Source of the DNA: Candidatus Saccharimonadota bacterium
GTDB lineage: Bacteria; Patescibacteriota; Saccharimonadia; Saccharimonadales; Saccharimonadaceae
Direction: 5' to 3'
Assembly (NCBI GenBank): GCA_002421785.1
Contig: DIRZ01000003.1
Location: forward strand, 120,001 to 152,000
DNA length: 32,000 nt
Shown: positions 6,550 to 14,179 of the stretch, piece by piece
Layout of the letters: every line of letters starts with the position of its first letter
How positions within the stretch are numbered: position 1 is the stretch's first letter
The notes under the pieces: model-generated
Told to the model about the DNA's origin: nothing
The model's input: the letters and a program-made list of their open reading frames with translations, nothing else
Databases searched by the model: none
Made by a program: the position numbers and the translations under genes

Positions 6550-8175
6550 CTATAGACCAAACCGAGCAAGCTGGCCGGCGTCATGGCTGTCGCGGAGCAT
6601 CGCGGCCAGCTGGCGGGTATCGGTTGGTTCTTTTACCCCAGTATTCATAAACCCGTACGGATCACACACCTTGCGGATCGACGCATACATTGCAACGACC
6701 TGTTCATCCAATTGAGCATAGATAAACCGAGATTTCAAGCGCCCCTCTCCCCCCTCTGCGATCATCGTGCCACCATGCGCGTAGACCAGCTTTGTCAGGT
6801 CGTCGAGCAGCTTAAATATCCGCTGCTTATCGCTCACCTTGTGCAGCTCAAACGTCGGATACACACTATAGGTATTGGTATATACATGCCCGGCAAGCGG
6901 TAATGCAACATGGTCTTTCGCGGCTAGCTCCTGCAACGACCGAGCAAATTCCTCTAGACGTTCCGTGGGCACGTGGAACCCGCCGTAGAGGTTCGGCGCA
7001 GCCAAGCTCGCGTGATCAGGCAAGGTCGTATAGTAAGCAACATCAAGAGCCGCCAATAAATCATCGGCAGCATCACCATTCGCAAATGTCGTCGCAACAT
7101 CATCCGCATTTGCAAACATTTTCGTAATCTTTTTTAGTGCTTTTGCCCGGTGGTGCTCGCTAAAATCATCAAAGCCTATAATCACGACGCTTTCCGGCTT
7201 CAGTTTTTCGGAGGCCTGAGTATAAAAATCGTATTTACGCCCGCATGTTGCCGCAGTGTTAAAAAGTTCTGCATCGTAATATTCAACGAAGGCCGGCATC
7301 ATTTTACATAAATCATCCAATGCATCACGAGCCGCATTGGCGCTTGCAAACACCAATGCCGCGACTCCGTAATGAAGGCTGCGATATTCTGCACGTAAAA
7401 TCATTTCAGTAATAATGCCAAGCGTGCCCTGACTCCCAATAAATAACGGTGTAAGGTCGAAGCTACCATCCTTTTGCTTTACGTCCGCAATAGTGTTGTA
7501 CCCAGTAGCATCATTTGAGCGCAAGTTATCAAGGATGTCTGCACTTTCTTCAATAATGCCATCGATTCCGCGGTAAATATCGCCTTCGAACGTCTGCAGG
7601 CCCTTGCGTCGGCTCAGCTCGCGCTTGTTGATCCGGCCCGTTTGAATAACATCACCGTTCGCCAGTACAACCTCGAGCTGATCAATCGCTCGTTCAATGG
7701 TGCCATACTTACCGGCCAGCGGCCCTGCGACCGCACTGGCAATTGCGCCACCGATTGTTCCAAAAACCTGCGAGCCTGCGAGCGACATAATAGAAGTGCC
7801 ATGAAGCGAGAGTGCCTGCGATAAGGCACCTATGGCTACTCCTGGCTGCAAACGCACCAATTTCTGCTTTGCATCATACTCAAAAATTTTGTTCATATGG
7901 GCGGTCGTCACGACAGACGCCCCCTTGCCAATCGCCGCACCGGTACCGTCTGTCCCAGCGCCGCGCACGGTAACAGGAATAACATGGCCCTTTTCTGCAA
8001 GTTGCCAAGCAAACCGGCAAACCTTACGAATATCATTTGTAGAGCGGGGATAAATTACCATTTCAGGAACAATTTTCAGGACACCCGCATCTGTACTCAT
8101 TGCCTCTCGGACATCGGTGCGGGTAGAAACTTCGCCTGTTAAATGACCGCGTAGATAGGTCGCAACCTTACTCAT
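6550..8175 (-). CDS. FAD-binding oxidoreductase (GlcD / D-lactate dehydrogenase-like, PCMH-type FAD domain)
   Basis: 541 aa. The N-terminal FAD-binding region reads PEMVIYPRSTNDIRKVCRFA...VTVRGAGTDGTG...GTIGGAIA. Confidence 0.7.
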   Translation of the reverse strand: MSKVATYLRGHLTGEVSTRTDVREAMSTDAGVLKIVPEMVIYPRSTNDIRKVCRFAWQLAEKGHVIPVTVRGAGTDGTGAAIGKGASVVTTAHMNKIFEYDAKQKLVRLQPGVAIGALSQALSLHGTSIMSLAGSQVFGTIGGAIASAVAGPLAGKYGTIERAIDQLEVVLANGDVIQTGRINKRELSRRKGLQTFEGDIYRGIDGIIEESADILDNLRSNDATGYNTIADVKQKDGSFDLTPLFIGSQGTLGIITEMILRAEYRSLHYGVAALVFASANAARDALDDLCKMMPAFVEYYDAELFNTAATCGRKYDFYTQASEKLKPESVVIIGFDDFSEHHRAKALKKITKMFANADDVATTFANGDAADDLLAALDVAYYTTLPDHASLAAPNLYGGFHVPTERLEEFARSLQELAAKDHVALPLAGHVYTNTYSVYPTFELHKVSDKQRIFKLLDDLTKLVYAHGGTMIAEGGEGRLKSRFIYAQLDEQVVAMYASIRKVCDPYGFMNTGVKEPTDTRQLAAMLRDSHDAGQLARFGL

Positions 8176-8280
8176 ATATTTCCCCTGTTAGACTCATTGT
8201 CACTAGTATAACATAAGGATATTCCATTCATAAACACGCTATTGGTCGACAACTTAGTTTCACTATTCAACAATATCCGC

Positions 8281-8853
8281 ATGACAAGTCCCGAGATATC
8301 ACCTGCACGATTACCATACCACCTAATGCCGCGCACAGTCGGCAACCTCGAAATTGAATCGCCTCGATTCATAAACCCCGATCGCGTCTATTTGCGCGAC
8401 GATACAGGTGAGCTATTCGTCTACTCAGACGACTTACTTGACAGTGCGACAAGAAACCCTAGGGCCCTTATGGGTAAAGTCGGGCTGATGAAAGCCGTGA
8501 TTACAGACCCCGAGCTAACGAATACACAGCACCTCCTCACAGGCTATGTTGTAGATCTGCGGTTCGTGCCTTCAACCGACAAGTTTGACGCTGCTCCCCC
8601 TGCCGAGAAGCCAGATGATGACGAAGCCAACGCTTGGCTCGAAGATATGAAGACACTCGTACCCATTGCCTCGATTGCCTTTACGCACGAACAGGGCTCG
8701 AAAGAAATTGACACAACAGGTGATGCTCGATTTGCTAAAGCCGCCCTCCATCTTGCATCACTTGCAGACGAGCTCGACCATAAGCTCAAGCAGCAAGCAA
8801 AGGTCGCTACCAATAAGCCAACGAGAAAAACGTCGAAAGCACGCAAAAAATAA
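8281..8853 (+). CDS. Hypothetical protein (acidic core, K-rich C-terminal tail)
   Basis: ORF 8242..8853. The track start is a TTG, and the first ATG is at 8281, so the start is uncertain. I recognise no family. Confidence 0.5.
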   Translation: MTSPEISPARLPYHLMPRTVGNLEIESPRFINPDRVYLRDDTGELFVYSDDLLDSATRNPRALMGKVGLMKAVITDPELTNTQHLLTGYVVDLRFVPSTDKFDAAPPAEKPDDDEANAWLEDMKTLVPIASIAFTHEQGSKEIDTTGDARFAKAALHLASLADELDHKLKQQAKVATNKPTRKTSKARKK

Positions 8854-8885
8854 CGAGAATATGATACAATTGTCATACACATCTT

Positions 8886-8970
8886 GCGGATGTGGTGGAA
8901 TTGGTAGACACGCTAGCCTTAGGAGCTAGTGCCTCCGGGCGTGAAGGTTCAAGTCCTTTCATCCGCACCA
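8886..8970 (+). tRNA. tRNA-Leu (anticodon TAG), CCA encoded
   Basis: Hand fold: acceptor GCGGATG/CATCCGC, anticodon stem CTAGC/GCTAG with loop CTTAGGA (TAG), a long variable arm, T arm GAAGG-TTCAAGT-CCTTT, and terminal ACCA. Confidence 0.9.
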
Positions 8971-8972
8971 AC

Positions 8973-9004
8973 GCAAAAAGACTGGCTACTGCCAGTCTTT
9001 TTGC
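8973..9004. terminator. Bidirectional hairpin terminator
   Basis: GCAAAAAGACTGGC-tact-GCCAGTCTTTTTGC is a 14-bp perfect stem with A/T runs on both sides. It lies between the tRNA (+) and CDS 9021..10034 (-). Confidence 0.75.
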
Positions 9005-9020
9005 GTAGCTTTGTACTAAA

Positions 9021-10034
9021 TTACCAGTTCCGAACCCAGAATTGTTGGGTCTTATTAAATATTTTGTAACCGTTTTGATCTGTACTAGCCGACCAGCCAA
9101 AATCATTGCTGTTGAGCCATCCATAGTGTCGCTCCAAAGCACCAATTCGCGTGTTACCATTCATGCCCACGGCATTGAACCACCCGTAGTCGCTAACCGT
9201 TCCGGTTCGTTTTACATCTGGATCTGATGCGCACGTTGCCCCAGCCTGCCATGACACATTGAAGTTCGTGTTCCACAGACTTTGGTGAATCGCTCTGTGG
9301 TCTCCATGGTCGTAACGGTAGCAGTTCGAGTATCTGGCGTTCCTGTATGGACCAACTATATTATAAAATGGAATGCTCGGTAGGCCATAAAGACTTGGGT
9401 TGTCTCGGATTGATCTGATTGCCCAGTCGACCTCATCTTGAGTCAAGTCACCGTCGCCGAGGTTAAAGAATATGACTCGACCCTTGGCGCTATTGTTGCT
9501 AGCAAATGGTTCACTACTCGAATAGAAGACCTTTGCTGAGCTATCTTGGATGAGCGTAGATCCTGCATCAACATGCCCAAGCGATTTGCCCTGAGAATTT
9601 GGCCATACAGTTGTCGACCTGCTCATAGAAAAGCCGCCCGGTATGGCGCTATCTGTCTGAGACATCGTATTTAAGAAGCCTAACGTTGAAGATATTCGTG
9701 CGTTATGGCATTGGGTAGACCACCTAGCATTAGGCAGCACGCTTGGAGAAACCTCATTCCAATGAGTCTGCAGGCTAGGGTTGGCGCAATAAGCGGACTG
9801 CTCGCCACGCGTAAAATAGACAAACACTTTGTAATTGTCTGACGATCCCTCAATCAAGGACCAAGCTTCGAGCTCGTCATCTGGGTGAGGCATAGCCACA
9901 ATCTGCATATGAATTGGTGCGGCCATAACCTCGGCGTCCGTAAATACACTAAAAGACAACGATGTTACGACTAGCGCCAAAGCCGCTAAAGGTAGCGTCA
10001 GACCTTGCTTAATTCGGTGCATTATTTTGTTCAT
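9021..10034 (-). CDS. Secreted protein with PIG-L/LmbE-like deacetylase signature
   Basis: 337 aa. There is an N-terminal signal peptide (LTLPLAALALVVTSLSFSVFTDA) followed by QIVAMPHPDDELEAW, matching the (A/P)HPDDE motif of PIG-L/LmbE deacetylases. AAGGAG lies upstream of the ATG. Confidence 0.6.
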   Translation of the reverse strand: MNKIMHRIKQGLTLPLAALALVVTSLSFSVFTDAEVMAAPIHMQIVAMPHPDDELEAWSLIEGSSDNYKVFVYFTRGEQSAYCANPSLQTHWNEVSPSVLPNARWSTQCHNARISSTLGFLNTMSQTDSAIPGGFSMSRSTTVWPNSQGKSLGHVDAGSTLIQDSSAKVFYSSSEPFASNNSAKGRVIFFNLGDGDLTQDEVDWAIRSIRDNPSLYGLPSIPFYNIVGPYRNARYSNCYRYDHGDHRAIHQSLWNTNFNVSWQAGATCASDPDVKRTGTVSDYGWFNAVGMNGNTRIGALERHYGWLNSNDFGWSASTDQNGYKIFNKTQQFWVRNW

Positions 10035-10065
10035 GTTTCTCCTTTTTTATTAATAATCCCCATAA

Positions 10066-10095
10066 ATAATAGCACGAACATTTTAGGGCGTGCAA
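10066..10095 (-). promoter_or_regulatory. Candidate promoter of CDS 9021..10034
   Basis: The reverse strand reads TTGCAC-gccctaaaatgttcgtgc(18)-TATTAT. Confidence 0.4.
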
Positions 10096-10420
10096 TCATG
10101 GAAGTAATCAGGAATTCATCCTTAGGCGGGACTGCCGAATGACGCCAAGAAATCGTCTTTCCTAGCAGTAATTTGTCAGTTTTCGTGATCATGCGCTCTA
10201 CTACGTCGTTAACTATGGGTTTACGATTTTGTTTTTAGGTTTAAGGTCTAATTCCGGTCGTTCTTATGTTTGCTTATCACAATCTATTCTGGCGCAATAA
10301 CCCATTAGGACAGACTATATGTCAAATCGTTAATAGTGGACTTCCAGGGCGGATAAATGGAGCGTACGGATACGCTTTGTTGACCCGCTCTGGAAAGAGT
10401 TAGGTCAACAAAGGATAGCT

Positions 10421-10639
10421 ATGATCAGTGTACGGCAGCGAAAGACGAAGTCTTTCACCGAGAAGCTCAAGGGATGTTTTGATCAGGGCAAGTTCCTGTG
10501 TGTCGGACTGGACCCGTCGGAGAAGGAGCTTGAGAAGGTCCATAACCGCAACTCCGCCGAAGACACTCTGGAGTACCTGACCGACATTGTCAACGCGATC
10601 GCCTCGTTCGCGACAGCGTTCAAGCCGAACTTCGGGTAG
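10421..10639 (+). pseudogene. pyrF: 5' fragment (72 codons) of a type-2 orotidine-5'-phosphate decarboxylase gene
   Basis: The sequence ...KGCFDQGKFLCVGLDPS...ASFATAFKPNFG* carries the FLCVGLD and (A/Y)KPN motifs of long-form PyrF. It stops where KPNxxFFE would continue, and the remaining roughly 200 codons are absent. An AAGGA SD precedes the ATG. Confidence 0.6.
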
Positions 10640-10830
10640 TCGACGAAGTCCCGGCCGTCGATCTGGAGCCCTACAAGGCCGAGATCGCAGCCAAGTGCAG
10701 CGTCATCGCCGTCAAGCGACCGCACAGTTCCGGCTACACTCCCGCTCAGGCAGGATTCGCCATGGGCGCATGGCACGACGACCCCGACCACAACGACCCC
10801 TACGAGAACACACGAGAAGACTACCGATGA
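10639..10830 (+). pseudogene. Start-less 3' fragment of an unidentified GC-rich gene, stop overlapping the E1-like start (ATGA)
   Basis: Hand translation gives VDEVPAVDLEPYKAEIAAKCSVIAVKRPHSSGYTPAQAGFAMGAWHDDPDHNDPYENTREDYR*. The frame is open only back to a TAA at 10543..10545, with no ATG/GTG/TTG codon upstream of residue V1. Its codons are strongly G/C-ending. Confidence 0.5.
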
Positions 10831-11567
10831 CCGACCCCTTCACCCTGACCGTCGACGACACCGAGGATGGCATGCTCTACACGGCCGTTCGCCAGAACGC
10901 ACCGGACTGGGCAGACCAGACCGGCTGGTTCGATCCCGACAAGGCGACCTCACCCGTCACCATCATCGGGTGCGGCGGCATCGGCAGCAATGTGGCGTTC
11001 GAGCTCATCACGATGGGCTTCAAGCGCTTCGTGCTGTACGACGATGACATCGTCGAGCCGCGGAACCTTGTCTCTCAGAAGGCGTTCCGCCCTCGCGACC
11101 TCTACCGTCCCAAGGTGGAGGCGCTTGCGGAAGTACTCATCGAGTACGGCGCCGTCGAGGTGCTGGTTCGCCGGCGTCTCTTCACTGCCGAAGACATCAT
11201 CGAAGGTGCCATCGTCATCGGTGCCGTCGACTCCATGAGGTCCCGCAAGATCATCTGGGAGGCAGTCACCAATTCGCCGGATGTCGAGCTCTACCTCGAT
11301 GGACGACTGGGCGGCCAGACCGCCCAGATCTTTGCCATCGAGCCGCTCGACGGCGACTGGTACGAGGCCGACTGGCTGTTCGACGACAGCGAGGCGACGA
11401 CCGGGATCACCTGCACGATGCGTGCCATCGTGTACCCCTCGACCGTCATGGCCGGCATCATGTGCCGCCACCTCTCGAGGTGGTCACGCGGCCAGTCGGT
11501 GTGCCGGTTCACACAGTGGGAGGGATCCACGAACGAGATCACCACGTTCGGAGACATCGAGGAGTGA
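10827..11567 (+). CDS. ThiF/MoeB-family E1-like adenylyltransferase (246 aa, minimal, orphan)
   Basis: ORF 10587..11567 trimmed to ATG 10827, because the upstream extension is RSPRS-rich nonsense from a TTG. Motifs: Rossmann IIGCGGIGSNVAFEL, YDDDIVEPRNLVSQ (the DxDxVexsNLxRQ type), RPKVEALAEVL and GAVDSMRSRKII. Confidence 0.8.
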   Translation: MTDPFTLTVDDTEDGMLYTAVRQNAPDWADQTGWFDPDKATSPVTIIGCGGIGSNVAFELITMGFKRFVLYDDDIVEPRNLVSQKAFRPRDLYRPKVEALAEVLIEYGAVEVLVRRRLFTAEDIIEGAIVIGAVDSMRSRKIIWEAVTNSPDVELYLDGRLGGQTAQIFAIEPLDGDWYEADWLFDDSEATTGITCTMRAIVYPSTVMAGIMCRHLSRWSRGQSVCRFTQWEGSTNEITTFGDIEE

Positions 11568-11572
11568 GACCA

Positions 11573-11610
11573 GCGGAGACCCCTGGGCACTTGTGCCTGA
11601 GGGTCTCCGC
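11573..11610 (+). terminator. GC-only hairpin after the E1-like gene
   Basis: GCGGAGACCC...GGGTCTCCGC is a 10-bp perfect stem with an inner GGCAC/GTGCC helix and no T-tail. Confidence 0.6.
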
Positions 11611-11714
11611 GACCGACCACGAATGATAAAGTCGTGCTGATGAGCTGTAGACAGCGAATCGGTCAAATCTATTACAAAGCTAGGCAACAATGCACCATAC
11701 CGTGCATACTACCA

Positions 11715-12140
11715 CTACTCCTCTGGGTATTTACTCGGGTCACCAAGACAATAGCGTACCCATCGTGAATCCTGCTCAACCGTGATGCTTTCAATATAGT
11801 CACCATTATCGAACTTGCCGCGTTTCGCAGCCTTGGCCTCACTCGCAGCAGCCGTCATGGCGTCGGTCACTCCATAATGTTTTTTGAGCGCGACGACGAC
11901 GTCCTCCAGATCAGCAATCTCTGCGACAATTTCACCAAATTCTGCTTTAGTTGGGCTATCGGTGACTGGAATCTCATCCGCCTCTTCATGAACCTTCGCA
12001 ATAAGCTCACGAATTAGCTCAATGCCGTGCAGCGTTCGATGGGACATGCCAACAACCGACGCTTCTTCCTGATAGTCCGGGACTGTCCTGTCACGAACAA
12101 GCTTCCTAAAATAAAATGTCCTGGGTTGTTGCTCGCTCAT
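11715..12140 (-). CDS. MazG-like all-alpha nucleoside triphosphate pyrophosphohydrolase family protein
   Basis: ORF 11715..12290 trimmed to ATG 12140, which has GGAGGAAGGG upstream. The opening MSEQQPRTFYFRKLVRDRTVPDY and an acidic helical core (EEADEI...EIADLEDV) resemble the house-cleaning NTP-PPase family. Confidence 0.55.
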   Translation of the reverse strand: MSEQQPRTFYFRKLVRDRTVPDYQEEASVVGMSHRTLHGIELIRELIAKVHEEADEIPVTDSPTKAEFGEIVAEIADLEDVVVALKKHYGVTDAMTAAASEAKAAKRGKFDNGDYIESITVEQDSRWVRYCLGDPSKYPEE

Positions 12141-12183
12141 TTTCCCTTCCTCCATTCGATGGGATGAACCTATCAAATATAGC

Positions 12184-12420
12184 TTACCACTCTCCTTCCT
12201 GAAGTGCCACCGCACCCATATAATGACGTCGAGCCATGTCCAGTTGTTCCTGGAGCCGACACTGTTCTTCGAATGACGCGCCCGCAGCAATTCCGCGCCT
12301 CAGTAGTATTTGCGCCTGCCATGTCGAAAACTCTGCACCCAGATTCCTCGTTCGGGGCAAAAAAATAGACCCCAATGGGTCGAATGCGTCGATTTGTTTT
12401 GCGTGTTCACCGTTTGTCAT
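12184..12420 (-). CDS. Hypothetical small protein (78 aa)
   Basis: ORF 12184..12444 trimmed to ATG 12420. It lies between rsmD and the MazG-like gene on the same strand. I recognise no family. Confidence 0.4.
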   Translation of the reverse strand: MTNGEHAKQIDAFDPLGSIFLPRTRNLGAEFSTWQAQILLRRGIAAGASFEEQCRLQEQLDMARRHYMGAVALQEGEW

Positions 12421-12453
12421 ATCCCCCCTATAAAAAATCGCCAATCGGCGAAA

Positions 12454-13002
12454 TTAACCAACTCGGCGGAAGGAGGTGAGGTGTGCATTTCCATAACTAC
12501 GATTGTCCACCACAACAATTCCGAGTTCACTTAGATTTGGTACCTCACCTCTTCCTGTATGGGATAATACCATAAGCCCATTGGGTTTGAGAATAGCAAA
12601 TAACTTACTAACTGTGGATAACTGCAAATCATGGTATGGCGGGTCAGCGAATATGATGTCATAGTAATCTGGCTTGGCAGTCTCAATCCACGCATTTACA
12701 GATGATCGAATAATTTGACTTTGCTCATCGGCACCTAGCGAAACCACATTTTTGGCTAACACCTTTTGCGCGATTTTATCACGCTCCACGAATGTACATG
12801 CCTTCGCGCCACGACTCAGCGCTTCCAGGCCTATCGACCCCGTCCCTGCAAATGCGTCCAGCACCCGTGCACCGACAATTTCATCGACAATGCTATTGAA
12901 CATCGCGTTGCGTACCCGCTCACCCATCGGGTGAGTGCGACCGCTATCAGGCGCGTCTATCTTGCGACCACCGTATTTTCCCGAAATGATTCGGATAAAC
13001 AT
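12454..13002 (-). CDS. rsmD: 16S rRNA (guanine966-N2)-methyltransferase RsmD
   Basis: ORF 12454..13107 trimmed to MFIRIISGKYGGRKI. Motifs include GRTHPMGERVRNAMFN, LDAFAGTGSIGLEALSRGA and FADPPY. The start overlaps the upstream stop as TAATG. Confidence 0.85.
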   Translation of the reverse strand: MFIRIISGKYGGRKIDAPDSGRTHPMGERVRNAMFNSIVDEIVGARVLDAFAGTGSIGLEALSRGAKACTFVERDKIAQKVLAKNVVSLGADEQSQIIRSSVNAWIETAKPDYYDIIFADPPYHDLQLSTVSKLFAILKPNGLMVLSHTGRGEVPNLSELGIVVVDNRSYGNAHLTSFRRVG

Positions 13003-13808
13003 TACAGCCCAGCCTCGCGGTACGCGGTATACCATGCATAGGTAACCATGCGAATAATCTCTGGCAATAGCGCTTCCCGGCTCTGCCTGGCAAGTTTTGC
13101 GGTCCATCCTTGGCTCCAGAATGTTTGATACATATTTAGCGCATAGACATGCTGCACTGAATGGAGAAACACTTCGTCGAGGGGCAGTTTCTCTGCGCGC
13201 TTAAACCATGCGCCACTAGGCGTGGTATCCAAAAACCTCGTCGTTTTAATACTTGTCGCAATACCCAGCTCGAAAAGCCCATGCGTAATGAACACACCCT
13301 TTGCACCCCAGTACTCCCAGTTTTTACTGATTGTATCGCGTTTATTTTTACCTTTAATCAAGTTTTTGTCTTTTATCGTCAGTCGCTCTTCTTTAGGCTT
13401 TCCCCAAAGCTCTTCGATTTTGTCACCTAGTGGATAGTGATGCGCCGGGGTCAATCCGTCGACAATCGCATGCGCCATCCAGGCCGCTTCGAACGCTGCA
13501 CGAGCATGATTGCGCGTACGAAGCGCGTGAACGAGATTATGATGGTGGTCAAGGATCATATCGGCTAGCTCTCGATCGTCAGGCTGCGAAGGGTCAATAT
13601 AATGCCATGGCTCGTCCTGACTAGGGCTTTTCCTTTTAATGCCGTCGGGTCCATTGTCGCCTTCAAAGTGAAGTATTTCGCGTATTCCAGGGAAGCCGGG
13701 CCCCACGCCAGGAATGGTGCGCAAATTACGTCGCGCAACTCGGTCAATCTTTTGATGAACACCTATAAAGTGTCCTGATTTGTTTCGGATTGTTGTACCA
13801 GAATACAT
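13002..13808 (-). CDS. Hypothetical His-rich protein (possible metal-dependent hydrolase, zinc phospholipase C-like)
   Basis: 268 aa with clusters of His/Asp (WHYIDP, DHHHNLVHAL, AHAIVDGLTPAHHYP). The family assignment is a weak impression only. Confidence 0.55.
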   Translation of the reverse strand: MYSGTTIRNKSGHFIGVHQKIDRVARRNLRTIPGVGPGFPGIREILHFEGDNGPDGIKRKSPSQDEPWHYIDPSQPDDRELADMILDHHHNLVHALRTRNHARAAFEAAWMAHAIVDGLTPAHHYPLGDKIEELWGKPKEERLTIKDKNLIKGKNKRDTISKNWEYWGAKGVFITHGLFELGIATSIKTTRFLDTTPSGAWFKRAEKLPLDEVFLHSVQHVYALNMYQTFWSQGWTAKLARQSREALLPEIIRMVTYAWYTAYREAGL

Positions 13809-13857
13809 ATTGATTTATATTTTAACAGAAACTCCGCAATAACGCTCTTGTTGTTTA

Positions 13858-13886
13858 TTGACTCTATTCCGAAAAAATGCTATAAT
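13858..13886 (+). promoter_or_regulatory. Near-perfect promoter of islet-d small ORF
   Basis: tTATTGACT-ctattccgaaaaaatgc(17)-TATAAT, followed by AGGAG (13906..13910) 5 nt before ATG 13916. Confidence 0.65.
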
Positions 13887-13915
13887 TGCTATACTGTCGA
13901 ACCTTAGGAGTACGG

Positions 13916-14113
13916 ATGAGCAAGCACTTCTTCATCATCACCTTGAACAGCCTACGTCCCGGCGAGAACGCTACGGTTACATGGAGCGGCACTTGCAATG
14001 GCATTGACGACCCCCAGTTGCGTTACCAAAGCATCTTCAACCAGGCGTGCGCCAATTTCGACCTCCCTCCTGGCAGGACATCGGTCATCTTCTACTCAAT
14101 TGAGAAGATGTAA
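13916..14113 (+). CDS. Hypothetical microprotein, islet d (65 aa)
   Basis: ORF 13886..14113 trimmed to MSKHFFIITLNSLRPGENATVTWSGTCNGIDDPQLRYQSIFNQACANFDLPPGRTSVIFYSIEKM. It has a strong promoter, an SD and a terminator, and a C-ending codon bias. I recognise no family. Confidence 0.55.
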   Translation: MSKHFFIITLNSLRPGENATVTWSGTCNGIDDPQLRYQSIFNQACANFDLPPGRTSVIFYSIEKM

Positions 14114-14122
14114 CATCTACCC

Positions 14123-14164
14123 GCCCCGGCCCGTTGCAGGCTTTCAGCCTCCGGAGTCCGGGGC
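14123..14164 (+). terminator. GC-rich compound hairpin after islet-d ORF
   Basis: The outer stem is GCCCCGG/CCGGGGC and the inner stem AGGCT-ttc-AGCCT, followed by TGTTTG. Confidence 0.55.
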
Positions 14165-14179
14165 TGTTTGCTACACTGC

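Noticed and set aside
10587-10826. N-terminal 80-aa extension of the E1-like ORF from a TTG start (MSTRSPRSRQRSS...)
   Set aside because: The extension is low-complexity R/S/P text produced by reading another gene's tail out of frame. The conserved E1 fold begins shortly after ATG 10827, which overlaps the upstream stop as ATGA.
10867-11690. ORFs 10867..11238 (+), 10950..11471 (-), 11281..11640 (+), 11291..11620 (-) and 11484..11690 (-) inside islet c
   Set aside because: These are shadow ORFs of the GC-rich E1-like gene, with no independent signals.
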